Below, one piece after another: positions 1-8,721 of a DNA stretch of 45,242 nt. Each line of letters begins with the position of its first letter. Position 1 is the stretch's first letter. Source of the stretch: a virus (lineage: Duplodnaviria > Caudoviricetes); the IMG/VR virus record IMGVR_UViG_3300032227_000559, positions 1 through 45,242 of that record, one strand, 5' to 3'. The notes under the pieces were generated by a model. The model was given only the letters and a program-made list of their open reading frames with translations, made no database searches and was not told where the DNA came from. Both the position numbers and the translations under genes were made by a program.

Positions 1-123
1 CGACCGACAACACCATCGACGTTTCGCACCTCGGGCAGACTGCTGGCAGCGCCGTGCTGACTCAGGATCGCCCGCTGACCGGCAACGCAACCGACACCGG
101 GCGGCAGGTCACGATCGAGTACC
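1..123. repeat. Terminal direct repeat, copy 1 (circular assembly overlap)
   Basis: Bases 1-123 are identical to 45120-45242 and fall inside a gene that reads through the join. Confidence 0.95.
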
Positions 124-284
124 TCGGCAAGGACATCATTGCGGACGCAGCGAGCGGTACGCTTGTCATCACGCACGCCGGTGCGACGTTCCTGTCGAAG
201 GCGTCAACCGTCGTTTCCTCGTCTGTGACGTTTGCTGCGAACGATGTGATCAAGGGCACGGCGGTATTCAAGGTCGCTCGCTGA
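1..284 (+). CDS. Putative major tail tube protein, 3' part (gene starts at 45023 and wraps; 126 aa in total)
   Basis: In frame with ATG 45023 across the join (MAITPHDSTGTVFTF...IDVSHLG...FKVAR); lies between the DUF3168-type terminator gene and the tail chaperone; beta-rich. Confidence 0.7.
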   Translation, partial: TDNTIDVSHLGQTAGSAVLTQDRPLTGNATDTGRQVTIEYLGKDIIADAASGTLVITHAGATFLSKASTVVSSSVTFAANDVIKGTAVFKVAR

Positions 285-307
285 TAGCGTGACGGAGGCA
301 TCCCGTC

Positions 308-637
308 ATGGCGAATTATGCTGCCGGTGTGACAGTCTCTTGGAACGGCGTTGCGTTTCAAGAGGTCATTGATTTGAAGGTGCTGCACGGCGGCGATCTG
401 CCGATCTCGCGCGGCAGCGCCGGGTCGCCGTTTTCGCTTGACCTGGGCACTATAGATGTAGTGTGCCTGGGCACTGCGAACTGCACGCTGACCAACTACG
501 GCAAGCGTGCCACGTTTCAAGTGACCGGGCCGGGTGTCGTGTTCACGCATAAGGCAATCTTCCAGCGACTCGCAGTCGAGAAGAAAGTCAACGACGTGCA
601 ACGCAACACGATTACGCTCCGCTTTTCACCATCGTAG
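308..637 (+). CDS. Tail tube-like protein (second copy or minor tube component)
   Basis: GGAGG RBS; 109 aa, beta-rich, similar layout to the upstream tube gene (GVTVSW...NDVQRNTITLRF vs GTVFTF...NDVIKGTAVFKV). Confidence 0.5.
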   Translation: MANYAAGVTVSWNGVAFQEVIDLKVLHGGDLPISRGSAGSPFSLDLGTIDVVCLGTANCTLTNYGKRATFQVTGPGVVFTHKAIFQRLAVEKKVNDVQRNTITLRFSPS

Positions 638-647
638 GAGTTGAGGC

Positions 648-992
648 ATGGCACTGACGGCAGATCAGATCCTGGCGGCTGACGATCTCGGACTGAAGCA
701 GGTTCCGGTTCGCGAATGGAACGGCGACGTGTTCATTCGCATGATGAGCGTGGGCGAGCGGGATGCATACGAGCGTCTCTGGATCGGCAAGAGAGAGACT
801 GGTGTCGATAACTTTCGCACGGAATACCTCGCCCGCGTACTGTGCAACGAGAAGGGCGAACTGCTCTTCACCCGTGAGCAGGTCGGCGCGCTGGCGAACA
901 AGTCCGGCGCGGTCATGGGGCGGCTCTTCGACGAGGCTCTCGCACACAACAACATGACGGAGGCAGACGTCGAGCAGTTGGGAAAAGCCTAG
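648..992 (+). CDS. Tail assembly chaperone (lambda gpG-like)
   Basis: AGGAG RBS; located between tube and tape measure genes; ends ...EQLGKA with slippery G GGA AAA. Confidence 0.85.
   Translation: MALTADQILAADDLGLKQVPVREWNGDVFIRMMSVGERDAYERLWIGKRETGVDNFRTEYLARVLCNEKGELLFTREQVGALANKSGAVMGRLFDEALAHNNMTEADVEQLGKA
980..986 (+). other. Programmed -1 ribosomal frameshift site (GGGAAAA)
   Basis: XXXYYYZ heptamer just before the gpG stop; the -1 frame is open (SLGVSPTRRF) and in frame with ORF 1016..1297. Confidence 0.85.
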
Positions 993-1015
993 GAGTCTCG
1001 CCGACGCGACGGTTT

Positions 1016-1297
1016 ATGTTCGCGCTGGCGGGACACCTCGGCATGACAGTCGGCGAACTGTCTCGCCGCATGGATTCACGGGAGTTGACCGAGTGGATGG
1101 CGTACACACGCTACTACCAAGCTCTCCCTGACCCGTGGCGGCAGACAGGTCTTGAGGTGAGTGCGATGCTCGCGCCGCACTCGCCGAGAGGCAAGTGCCC
1201 GTCAGCGGATGATTTCAATCCGATTGAAAAAGCTCCCCAGCATGGCGATCAGATGCTGACACAGATCCGAGCGTTGCAAGCAGCACTAGGTGGGTAA
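1016..1297 (+). CDS. Tail assembly chaperone extension (gpT-like; expressed as a G-T fusion)
   Basis: FALAGHLGMTVGEL...MDSRELTEWMAY pattern typical of gpT/DUF4035-like regions; -1 frame relative to gpG. Confidence 0.8.
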   Translation: MFALAGHLGMTVGELSRRMDSRELTEWMAYTRYYQALPDPWRQTGLEVSAMLAPHSPRGKCPSADDFNPIEKAPQHGDQMLTQIRALQAALGG

Positions 1298-4200
1298 TGG
1301 CAAACATTGTCGGGCTAGCACTGCGGGTTACCGGCGACGCCACCGGCTTGGCAAAGTCGCTCACGCCGGTTGATCGTGCGCTTGAAAAGCTCGCCGCGCA
1401 GGCCGAGAAGGCGACTAACGTGTTCACGCCGTTTGCAGAGAACACGGCTGCGGCGGGACGCGCGCAGGAAGAGTTTGCCGCGAAGTTTTCCGCGCTCGCA
1501 GATCAGCTGCGCAATAACGTGATCGGCCCGCAGGAATACGCGGCCGCATTCGGGCGGCTGACTGAAGAGGCAAGGGCGTCGGCTGCTGCTTTTGAGGAGG
1601 GCTTGCGAGTCACTGAGCAGGTTCGCACGGCTGAAGAGCGACGAGTAACTGAGCTAGCAAAACTGGAGGGGCTGCTATCGCAAGGTGCGATTTCGCAGGA
1701 GACGTTCGTCCGTGCTTCTGAAAAGGCGACTGGCGTCGAGAAAGAACGTGCCGATGCCGCCGCGTCAGCGGCTCGTATCATCGCCGCGAACCTCACTCCG
1801 CAAGAGCGATACTCGCAGCAGATGCAGGAATTAAGTGGGCATCTTGAGGCTGGTCGGCTAACGCAGGATCAGTTCAACCGCGCTGCCCAGAAGGCAAAGG
1901 GTGACCTCAACGGGATTGGCAGCGAGGCAGGCAAGGCAGACAAGAACATTGAGCAGCTGAACAAGAACGTCAGCTTTTTGTCCAAGGTAGAAATTGGTCG
2001 GCTAGTGTTCGATGGCGTGCGTGCCCTCGGCAATGCGTTCGCCAGCGCGCAGAATCAGATCACTGGTCTGGTGACGTCTGCCAATTCTTCCATCGACCAG
2101 CTGAACGACTTCTCTCAGCGTACTGGCATCGGTGTTGAGGCTTTGCAGGGGTACTCGCTCGCCGCGAAGCTGGCTGGCGTTGACACCGAGCAATTCGGCA
2201 CGGCCGTCCAGAGGCTTGCCGTGAGCATCGGCAAGGCAGCGCCAAGCGACGCACTCGACAAGTCGCTGCGGCAGATCAACCTGTCTGTCGTCCAACTGCG
2301 GACGCTAGCGCCGGAGCAGCAGTTTGCCGCTATCGGCAATGCAATCTCGACGCTGCCAACGGTTGCGGATCGTGCTGCCGCCTCCGTGGAGATATTCGGA
2401 AAGCAAGGCGCTGCTCTTGCGCCGCTGTTTCGCGAGGGTGCGGCCAGCATCGAGGAACTGCAAGCCCGCGCTCAAAGGCTCGGGCTCATTGTTGATGAGA
2501 CGCAGGTCAACAATGTTGCGGACATGAACGACGCCTTTGACCTTGTTGCCGCTACGGTGCAGGGCATCATCGGGCAGGTGATTGGCAACCTTGCCCCAGC
2601 GGTCACCGACGTAACGAATCAGTTCTTGCGGTTCGTGGAAGAGTTCGCCGGGGTCGATGGGCAGGGCGGCACGGGCATTGCCAACGCGATCACCGACACG
2701 CTGCTGCGAGGTGCAGAGTATTTTGCTGGCGTCTTTGATGAGTACGTCAACTATTTTGGCGGCTTCACTGGTGCTTTGACCACAGCCGGTGAAACCTTCA
2801 ATCGGATTGCTGGCGTGCTGGACGTTCTCAGTGGCGTGTTCAAGAGCATCTTCAACACTTTTGAGATCATCGGCAACGGAATTGCTGTGACTCTTGGCAA
2901 GGCCCTTGAGGCGATCGGCAGTTACGTCAGCACCGACCTGGAAGCGTTTGGCCGCGACTTGCAGTTGAACGCTAACTCTCAACTTCAGCAAAACCTTGCT
3001 GAGCTTGAGTCTGCTGGTCAGCAGATCATTGACGGCACGACGCAGGCTGTTTTTGGAAACGCAGCCGAGCAGCAGGCCGCCGCCGCTGGGGCAGCGAAGA
3101 CGTACTTGGAAGGCTTGCGAGCGCAGATCGAGCGTGAGCGATCGCCGCAGTTCAAGATTGAGACCGACATTGAGAAGACGCGAGAGCGATTCGACTCGTT
3201 CTTCAACGGCATCGTCGATCAGAGCAGTGCTGTGACTCAGGCGATGCGTGGTTTCGAGGCGGCTGCGGCAGACGTTGTCGATCCTCTCAACATCACAGTG
3301 GATGAGATTGACCGCATCAGGACAGAGCAGGACAAAGTCAATCGTGCGGTTGATCAAGAGCTTCAGTTGCGGCAGGAAATAAAAGATGCTGCTATCGCCC
3401 AGGCCGAGGCCGATACGAAGCGAATTGACGCACTGATTAAGGCAAGCGATGCCCAGACGAAACTTGCCGAGGACATTGCCGCAGTCGAGCGAGAGCAGGG
3501 GCGCGTGCAGGATCAGCTGCGCGCCGCGAGAGATGCAGGTGACTCTAGGACTGCTTCATCTGCGGCAGCCGCGCTTGGTCAGCTTGATCAGCTACAAGCA
3601 AAACTGACGGACCTGCAGCAGGCTCAGGAGCAAGGATTCGCCGACGGCTTTCAGAAGACATTTGAAGCCACAGCAAAAAGCATCAATGACCTGACGCTAA
3701 AGGCAGAGCAGTTCGGCAACGCCGGTGCGTTGGCCGCTGAGGCTCTTCGCATGGGAGTCGAGCGTGCCCAGACCCAAGCACGCGACGGCATCCTGACGCA
3801 GGCGACCTACGACAAAGAGGTTGCCCGTCAGCAGGAACTGTTTGACCAGCGTCTCGCTGCTGCCAAGCGAGTGGAGGATTTCCTTTCAAACGCATTCGGT
3901 CAGCGAAACAAGGCTGAGCTTGATGCGGTTGCACAACTGGAACAACGAAAAAAGCAAGCTGAACTGAACGTGCAGGCGATCCAAGCAAAGATTGCCGAGG
4001 AAGAACAGAAGCGTGACAACACGACAAACCTCGGCCAGCGGCGAGCGGCCACGCAGAGAATAGCCGCGCTGCGTCAGGCAGAGCGAATCGAGAGCAGGAT
4101 TGCCGAAGGTCGCAATCAGGCAGGACGCAACCAAGCGTCAGGCACGGCTGGCGGCCTCCAGCAGGCCCAGCAGTTTCAGAGTCGGATCGCCCAGACAAAC

Positions 4201-4503
4201 GACAATTTCTTGAAGGCTTTCACCGGCACGTATGCAACTGCGAATGCGTCGCTGAACCAAGCCAACGCCGTCGCTGCGGAGCTAGCCAGGCAGCAGGAAA
4301 TGCAGCGGCCGGTTGCTGGAGCGGTTACGACGGCTGACATCCGCACGGCCGAGGGTGCGGCGTTGGTGCTGGGCCTCGGGGCAGCAGCACAAGACCCGAA
4401 TCTGATTGAGGCGAGGCTCCAGACGAAGCAGCTTGTTGGCATTCGCAACGCGATCACCAACGCCGTCACTGGATACGCCGGAACCGTTGCGGAGATTTTC
4501 TGA
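1297..4503 (+). CDS. Tape measure protein
   Basis: 1068 aa, Ala/Gln-rich helical protein directly after the chaperone; TGIGVEALQ and IFGKQGAAL motifs typical of TMPs. Confidence 0.92.
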   Translation: MANIVGLALRVTGDATGLAKSLTPVDRALEKLAAQAEKATNVFTPFAENTAAAGRAQEEFAAKFSALADQLRNNVIGPQEYAAAFGRLTEEARASAAAFEEGLRVTEQVRTAEERRVTELAKLEGLLSQGAISQETFVRASEKATGVEKERADAAASAARIIAANLTPQERYSQQMQELSGHLEAGRLTQDQFNRAAQKAKGDLNGIGSEAGKADKNIEQLNKNVSFLSKVEIGRLVFDGVRALGNAFASAQNQITGLVTSANSSIDQLNDFSQRTGIGVEALQGYSLAAKLAGVDTEQFGTAVQRLAVSIGKAAPSDALDKSLRQINLSVVQLRTLAPEQQFAAIGNAISTLPTVADRAAASVEIFGKQGAALAPLFREGAASIEELQARAQRLGLIVDETQVNNVADMNDAFDLVAATVQGIIGQVIGNLAPAVTDVTNQFLRFVEEFAGVDGQGGTGIANAITDTLLRGAEYFAGVFDEYVNYFGGFTGALTTAGETFNRIAGVLDVLSGVFKSIFNTFEIIGNGIAVTLGKALEAIGSYVSTDLEAFGRDLQLNANSQLQQNLAELESAGQQIIDGTTQAVFGNAAEQQAAAAGAAKTYLEGLRAQIERERSPQFKIETDIEKTRERFDSFFNGIVDQSSAVTQAMRGFEAAAADVVDPLNITVDEIDRIRTEQDKVNRAVDQELQLRQEIKDAAIAQAEADTKRIDALIKASDAQTKLAEDIAAVEREQGRVQDQLRAARDAGDSRTASSAAAALGQLDQLQAKLTDLQQAQEQGFADGFQKTFEATAKSINDLTLKAEQFGNAGALAAEALRMGVERAQTQARDGILTQATYDKEVARQQELFDQRLAAAKRVEDFLSNAFGQRNKAELDAVAQLEQRKKQAELNVQAIQAKIAEEEQKRDNTTNLGQRRAATQRIAALRQAERIESRIAEGRNQAGRNQASGTAGGLQQAQQFQSRIAQTNDNFLKAFTGTYATANASLNQANAVAAELARQQEMQRPVAGAVTTADIRTAEGAALVLGLGAAAQDPNLIEARLQTKQLVGIRNAITNAVTGYAGTVAEIF

Positions 4504-5375
4504 TGTCAGTTTCCTCGTTCCGTGAACTCGGCAGAACGCTAGAAGGCGAAGTCGGCGGCACGACTGTTGCGAAGCGACGGTTCGTTGTGATCCTCGACGA
4601 CAACGCAACAGTCACGCCGACTGCTAATCTTGCCGTGATCAACGCTGTCAGCGGTGGCGTGTGGGGCGTGGCGCATCCTGAGTTTTCGTTCCTCGGCCTT
4701 CGCAAGGCGACGATGAGCGAAAACTTTGGCGACAACCCGTACCACGTCGAGGTCACACTTGAATACGGTGTGGTCGCGTCGAAGATGCTTCTGTCGCCGC
4801 TCTCACGCCCGGCCGAGTGGGTCTTCGAGGCGGTCTCTGGGGACCAGCTTCCAGCGTTGTTTTTCTACGATGGCACAACCAAGCAGCCGCTGACGAACTC
4901 CGCGTTTGATTTCTTTGAGGGGCTGACCGTTCCTGAGTCGCTTACGCGGGCGACGATCACAAAAAACTATGCGAATCGCCCAGATGGAATCATCAATTCG
5001 TTTGGATTTTTGAACAGCGACTCTTTCAGTGGCGCGGCACCGCATCACTGCAAACACGAAGGCAGCAAGGTTGAGAACGTAGAAGAGCTGTGGGGCAACG
5101 TGCGCTACAGCTACTGGCGTGCGGAGTCGCAGATACTGTTCAGGCCGTCCGGCTGGAACCTGCAGCTGCCCGACGTGGGCTTCAATTACATCTCTGGCGG
5201 GCAGAAGCGTCGCGCCATGGTTTTTGATTTCGAGAACGGCGAGTGGGTTCCAAGCCCAAGCCCGCTTGGGCTCGATGGCAGCGGTGGTTTGACCGGCGGC
5301 TTTCCTGCCATCCTCGATCGTCGAGTACTGCCAGCGACGTCGTTTTCCGCTCTGTTCGGCAGTGCCCCTGCGTGA
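4503..5375 (+). CDS. Putative tail tip/hub protein
   Basis: TGATG-coupled to the TMP; 290 aa; call is from position only. Confidence 0.5.
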   Translation: MSVSSFRELGRTLEGEVGGTTVAKRRFVVILDDNATVTPTANLAVINAVSGGVWGVAHPEFSFLGLRKATMSENFGDNPYHVEVTLEYGVVASKMLLSPLSRPAEWVFEAVSGDQLPALFFYDGTTKQPLTNSAFDFFEGLTVPESLTRATITKNYANRPDGIINSFGFLNSDSFSGAAPHHCKHEGSKVENVEELWGNVRYSYWRAESQILFRPSGWNLQLPDVGFNYISGGQKRRAMVFDFENGEWVPSPSPLGLDGSGGLTGGFPAILDRRVLPATSFSALFGSAPA

Positions 5376-5408
5376 TTCTGCCAGAGTGCCACGCTCAAAC
5401 CGTAGAGT
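5376..5408 (+). promoter_or_regulatory. Putative late promoter, class L (TCTGCCAG-N18-TAGAGT), leaderless
   Basis: Same spacing recurs at 28944 and 39929; ATG 5415 lies 6 nt after the -10-like hexamer with no RBS. Confidence 0.5.
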
Positions 5409-5414
5409 GAAAAT

Positions 5415-5795
5415 ATGGCCGACGAAACATACGAAATACTGCCTGCGGAACTCGATCTTGCGTTCATTAAGGGCGACGAGTTCGGCATGGTTCTACAAGT
5501 CAACGCGACCGACCTGACCGGCTACAGCTACGACACGAAAATCTACAGCCTGACTACCGTCGAGGTGGGCGGCGGCTTGGGTGCAGGCGTGGCGTCGGCC
5601 GCAGGTGCGACTGTCGTGGCGTTCACCGTTACACCCGTTGCTCTCACCGCCGGGCAGGTCAACCTTTCGCTGACCGAGGTGCAGACAGGCGCGTTGACCG
5701 CTGGAGCGGAGTATCGCTGGTGGTTCAAAACCATCACGCCCGGCAACGTGACGCGAACGATCCTGGCAGGTGACGTCAGCGTGAGGGTGCCCTGA
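5415..5795 (+). CDS. Fibre adaptor / BppU-N-like protein
   Basis: KGDEF...DLTGYS...GQVNLSLTEVQT..L...YRW...RTILAGDV pattern; paralog at 31815. Confidence 0.55.
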   Translation: MADETYEILPAELDLAFIKGDEFGMVLQVNATDLTGYSYDTKIYSLTTVEVGGGLGAGVASAAGATVVAFTVTPVALTAGQVNLSLTEVQTGALTAGAEYRWWFKTITPGNVTRTILAGDVSVRVP

Positions 5796-7573
5796 TGTCC
5801 GTGACAGTCAACGTCGTCGGCCAGACTTCTGTCAGCGTCAGCGTTGCTAGCCAATCTGCTGCAAGCGTCAGCGTGGCGGCATCGACTGGGGTCAGCGTTG
5901 TCGCCTCTGGAGGCATCGGCCCAGCTGGATTCATTACGGTGCCGGGCACTGCAACGTCTGCGTTTGGCACGTTCCAGATCGTGCCAGGCGAAGGCATCAC
6001 GGTCAGCACTGCGAACGGCCAGTTTCTGATCTCGTCCTACCCTAGCACGGCTTTGTCGAGCTTCGCCCCGGTGCAAAGCGTGTCGGGTCGCACGGGCACC
6101 GTTGTGCTGCAAGCGAGCGACGTGACGGCTGGCACGTTTGCTATCGGCCGGATTCCCACGATTGGATATACCGCACTGTCTGGCGTGCCAACGGCGTTCT
6201 CGCCCGCGATCCACACCCACGACGCTGCGGAAATCTCCTCGGGCACGCTGTCGATTGCTCGCGTTCCGACTATCTCATACACGGCACTCAGCAACACACC
6301 CTCGACATTCAGCCCAGCCGCCCACACACACTCGACCAGTGACGTGTCTGGGTTGGCTGCCGTCGCCACAAGCGGCTCATACACCAGCCTGCAGAACGTC
6401 CCGGCTACCTTCAGCCCACAGGCCCACACGCACTCGACGGCTGACATCACCGGCTTCACGGGCTCCTTCGCGGCGGGCAATCACACGCACGACGCCGCAG
6501 CGATCACTAGCGGAGTGCTCGACCTCGCCCGCATCCCAACGATCGGATACACGGCACTGAGCGGCGTGCCTGCGACGTTTGCGCCACAGGCCCACACGCA
6601 CAGCACAGCAGACGTGGTTGGCCTCACAGCGTCGTTCTCGCAGTCTGGGCACGCCCATGAGTACGTGCGGGTTCTCAACGGGCTGACTGGCACGGTGACG
6701 ATTGCCGGGGGTGCTGGCGTGACGGTCAGCACCGCCAGCAGTTCCATCACAATCTCGGCAGGCGGTGGCGGCGGCGGTTCCGCGAATATCATCGAAGCTG
6801 ACACGGCATCAGGATTTCCGGCCACAGGCGCAAGCCAGGCCATATACGTCAGCCGAGATTCTAGCCGAGTGTACCGCTGGGATGCGTCAGGCGTTTACGT
6901 TGAGATCGGCACTGGCAGCGGCGTGCCGGTGTCCGCAGCGCCGGACTCGCCCACCGGCCTGGTCGCAACTCGCGGAGACTCTAACGTCACGCTGTCGTGG
7001 ACTGCGCCCGCGAGCAACGGTGGGTCTGCCATCACGGACTACGCGGTTCAGTACGCACTTCAAGGGACAACAAACTGGCAGACTTATGCTGACGGCACGT
7101 CTACAGCAACAGCCGCCACGCTGAGCCTTCCCACCGTCTACTCATATCAGCTGCGAGTCTCCGCAGTAAACGCTGTTGGCACTAGCAGTCCCGCAACGCT
7201 GGCGGGCACGGTGCTGGTTGGGCCGTCCGGCTTGTCGGGCAGCACGTCCGGCAGCGGCTCGCTCAACGCCAGTTGGACAGGGGTCGGCGACACAGCCAGT
7301 CATCTCAGGCTGGTAAACGCCTACTACGACAGCAACGTCGGCGGCATTAAGGCAGTCGTAACAGCACTGCGAAGCGGCACGATGGAGTATTTCTACACAT
7401 CGACCGGATCTGCTGGTCGGTCTGTCGTTGTTCAGAAAAACAACTCGAACATATCCACGAGCTTTGAAAACACAGCGAATACCTCCGTGACCGCAGGCGA
7501 TCTTGTCGCGTTCATGTTCTTCCCGGCGGCTGCTGGCGACCGGATCACAATCGACGCATACCTATCGACGTAG
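5795..7573 (+). CDS. Tail fibre protein with HxH repeats and a fibronectin type III domain
   Basis: SVSGRTGTV motif, repeated YTALSGVP.TF.P.AHTH units, FN3 signature (PTGLVAT...LSWTAPASNGGSAITDYAVQY...VSAVNAVG). Confidence 0.75.
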   Translation: MSVTVNVVGQTSVSVSVASQSAASVSVAASTGVSVVASGGIGPAGFITVPGTATSAFGTFQIVPGEGITVSTANGQFLISSYPSTALSSFAPVQSVSGRTGTVVLQASDVTAGTFAIGRIPTIGYTALSGVPTAFSPAIHTHDAAEISSGTLSIARVPTISYTALSNTPSTFSPAAHTHSTSDVSGLAAVATSGSYTSLQNVPATFSPQAHTHSTADITGFTGSFAAGNHTHDAAAITSGVLDLARIPTIGYTALSGVPATFAPQAHTHSTADVVGLTASFSQSGHAHEYVRVLNGLTGTVTIAGGAGVTVSTASSSITISAGGGGGGSANIIEADTASGFPATGASQAIYVSRDSSRVYRWDASGVYVEIGTGSGVPVSAAPDSPTGLVATRGDSNVTLSWTAPASNGGSAITDYAVQYALQGTTNWQTYADGTSTATAATLSLPTVYSYQLRVSAVNAVGTSSPATLAGTVLVGPSGLSGSTSGSGSLNASWTGVGDTASHLRLVNAYYDSNVGGIKAVVTALRSGTMEYFYTSTGSAGRSVVVQKNNSNISTSFENTANTSVTAGDLVAFMFFPAAAGDRITIDAYLST

Positions 7574-7585
7574 TCAGGGACAACC

Positions 7586-8539
7586 ATGCCACTCTCCTTC
7601 CCAGCATCGCCGTCAGTCGGGGCCACGAGCACGCAGAACGGGCGGCAGTACGTTTGGACGGGTTATGCATGGGAACTCGTCGCCGCGAGTAGCAGCGGCC
7701 TCTCGTGGTCATCCGTGCCAGCGTCCGCGACGGCGACGGGGACGGCGGGGCAGATCGCGTATGACAACTCCAACGGTTTTTTCTACGTCGCGTCGGCCAC
7801 GGATACGTGGCGACGATTTCGACCCGATGCGTGGGACGTGTACCGCTCTAGCACGTCGCTGATGCTACCGTTCGATGGCACGATGACCGACTACAGCCCG
7901 ACTCCGAAGACCGTCACGGTAAACGGAAACGCCGTGGCAACTGGTGTGGCTAAGTTTGGCGTCGGGTCGCTGTCGCTTGGTGCTGGATACACAGGCACCA
8001 CGACCAGCAGCAGCTACGAAAACTCAACCAACACTGGCGACTGGCTGGAGATTTCGCACGCGACGGCGTTCAGCTTTGGTGCTAATGATTTCACCGTGGA
8101 GCTGTGGTACTACCCGATCGCGAGAGGTCGGTACGCAAACGTGTTTGGCGCATTTGATTATCCGTTCACGCTGTACCACGGAACAGACATCAACAGTGGA
8201 GACCCATCAGTGTCGTTCGGTCCAACGGGCTCTTCGTGGTTTTCTGGATCGGCCAGTGCGATGTCAATTGGCAGTGTGTCTGACAATGCGTGGTGCCACA
8301 TTGCAATTGTGCGCCAAAGCGACACGTTCAGGGCATACGTTAACGGAGTGCAGCGCAATAGTTCCACTACGGACAGCGCGGGGCAATCGCTCGGAGATAT
8401 TCCGACGCTTTATATCGGCAGAAACGGCAGCTTTTACAACAAGTGCCTGATTGATGATTTCCGCGTGACGAAAGGCGTATGTCGCTACCCAAGCGGCACC
8501 ACGTTCACGCCTCCGACGGCTGGCCTACCAATAGACTGA
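7586..8539 (+). CDS. LamG / concanavalin A-like lectin domain tail protein (candidate receptor-binding protein)
   Basis: FPASPSVG N-terminus; AKFGVGSL, DFTVELWYY, WCHIAIVR, YVNG, IDDFRVTKGV.RY motifs of Laminin_G_3. Confidence 0.8.
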   Translation: MPLSFPASPSVGATSTQNGRQYVWTGYAWELVAASSSGLSWSSVPASATATGTAGQIAYDNSNGFFYVASATDTWRRFRPDAWDVYRSSTSLMLPFDGTMTDYSPTPKTVTVNGNAVATGVAKFGVGSLSLGAGYTGTTTSSSYENSTNTGDWLEISHATAFSFGANDFTVELWYYPIARGRYANVFGAFDYPFTLYHGTDINSGDPSVSFGPTGSSWFSGSASAMSIGSVSDNAWCHIAIVRQSDTFRAYVNGVQRNSSTTDSAGQSLGDIPTLYIGRNGSFYNKCLIDDFRVTKGVCRYPSGTTFTPPTAGLPID

Positions 8540-8697
8540 TGATTGACAACGAGACCATCACCGTCGCCCTCGCCTACGCGGCTCTCGCGTTGGTCGGGCC
8601 GTTCGTGTTGACGCGGCTTATGCGGTGGGCTGAGAGTGCAGACGCGCAGAGTCTGGCGCAGGAGATCGGGACGGCGTTGGAAAGGGTGGCGAGATGA
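8539..8697 (+). CDS. Small membrane protein (52 aa)
   Basis: TGATG-coupled start at 8539; one hydrophobic segment. Confidence 0.55.
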   Translation: MIDNETITVALAYAALALVGPFVLTRLMRWAESADAQSLAQEIGTALERVAR

Positions 8698-8721
8698 GCA
8701 GCCACTTGCGCGGTATCGCCA

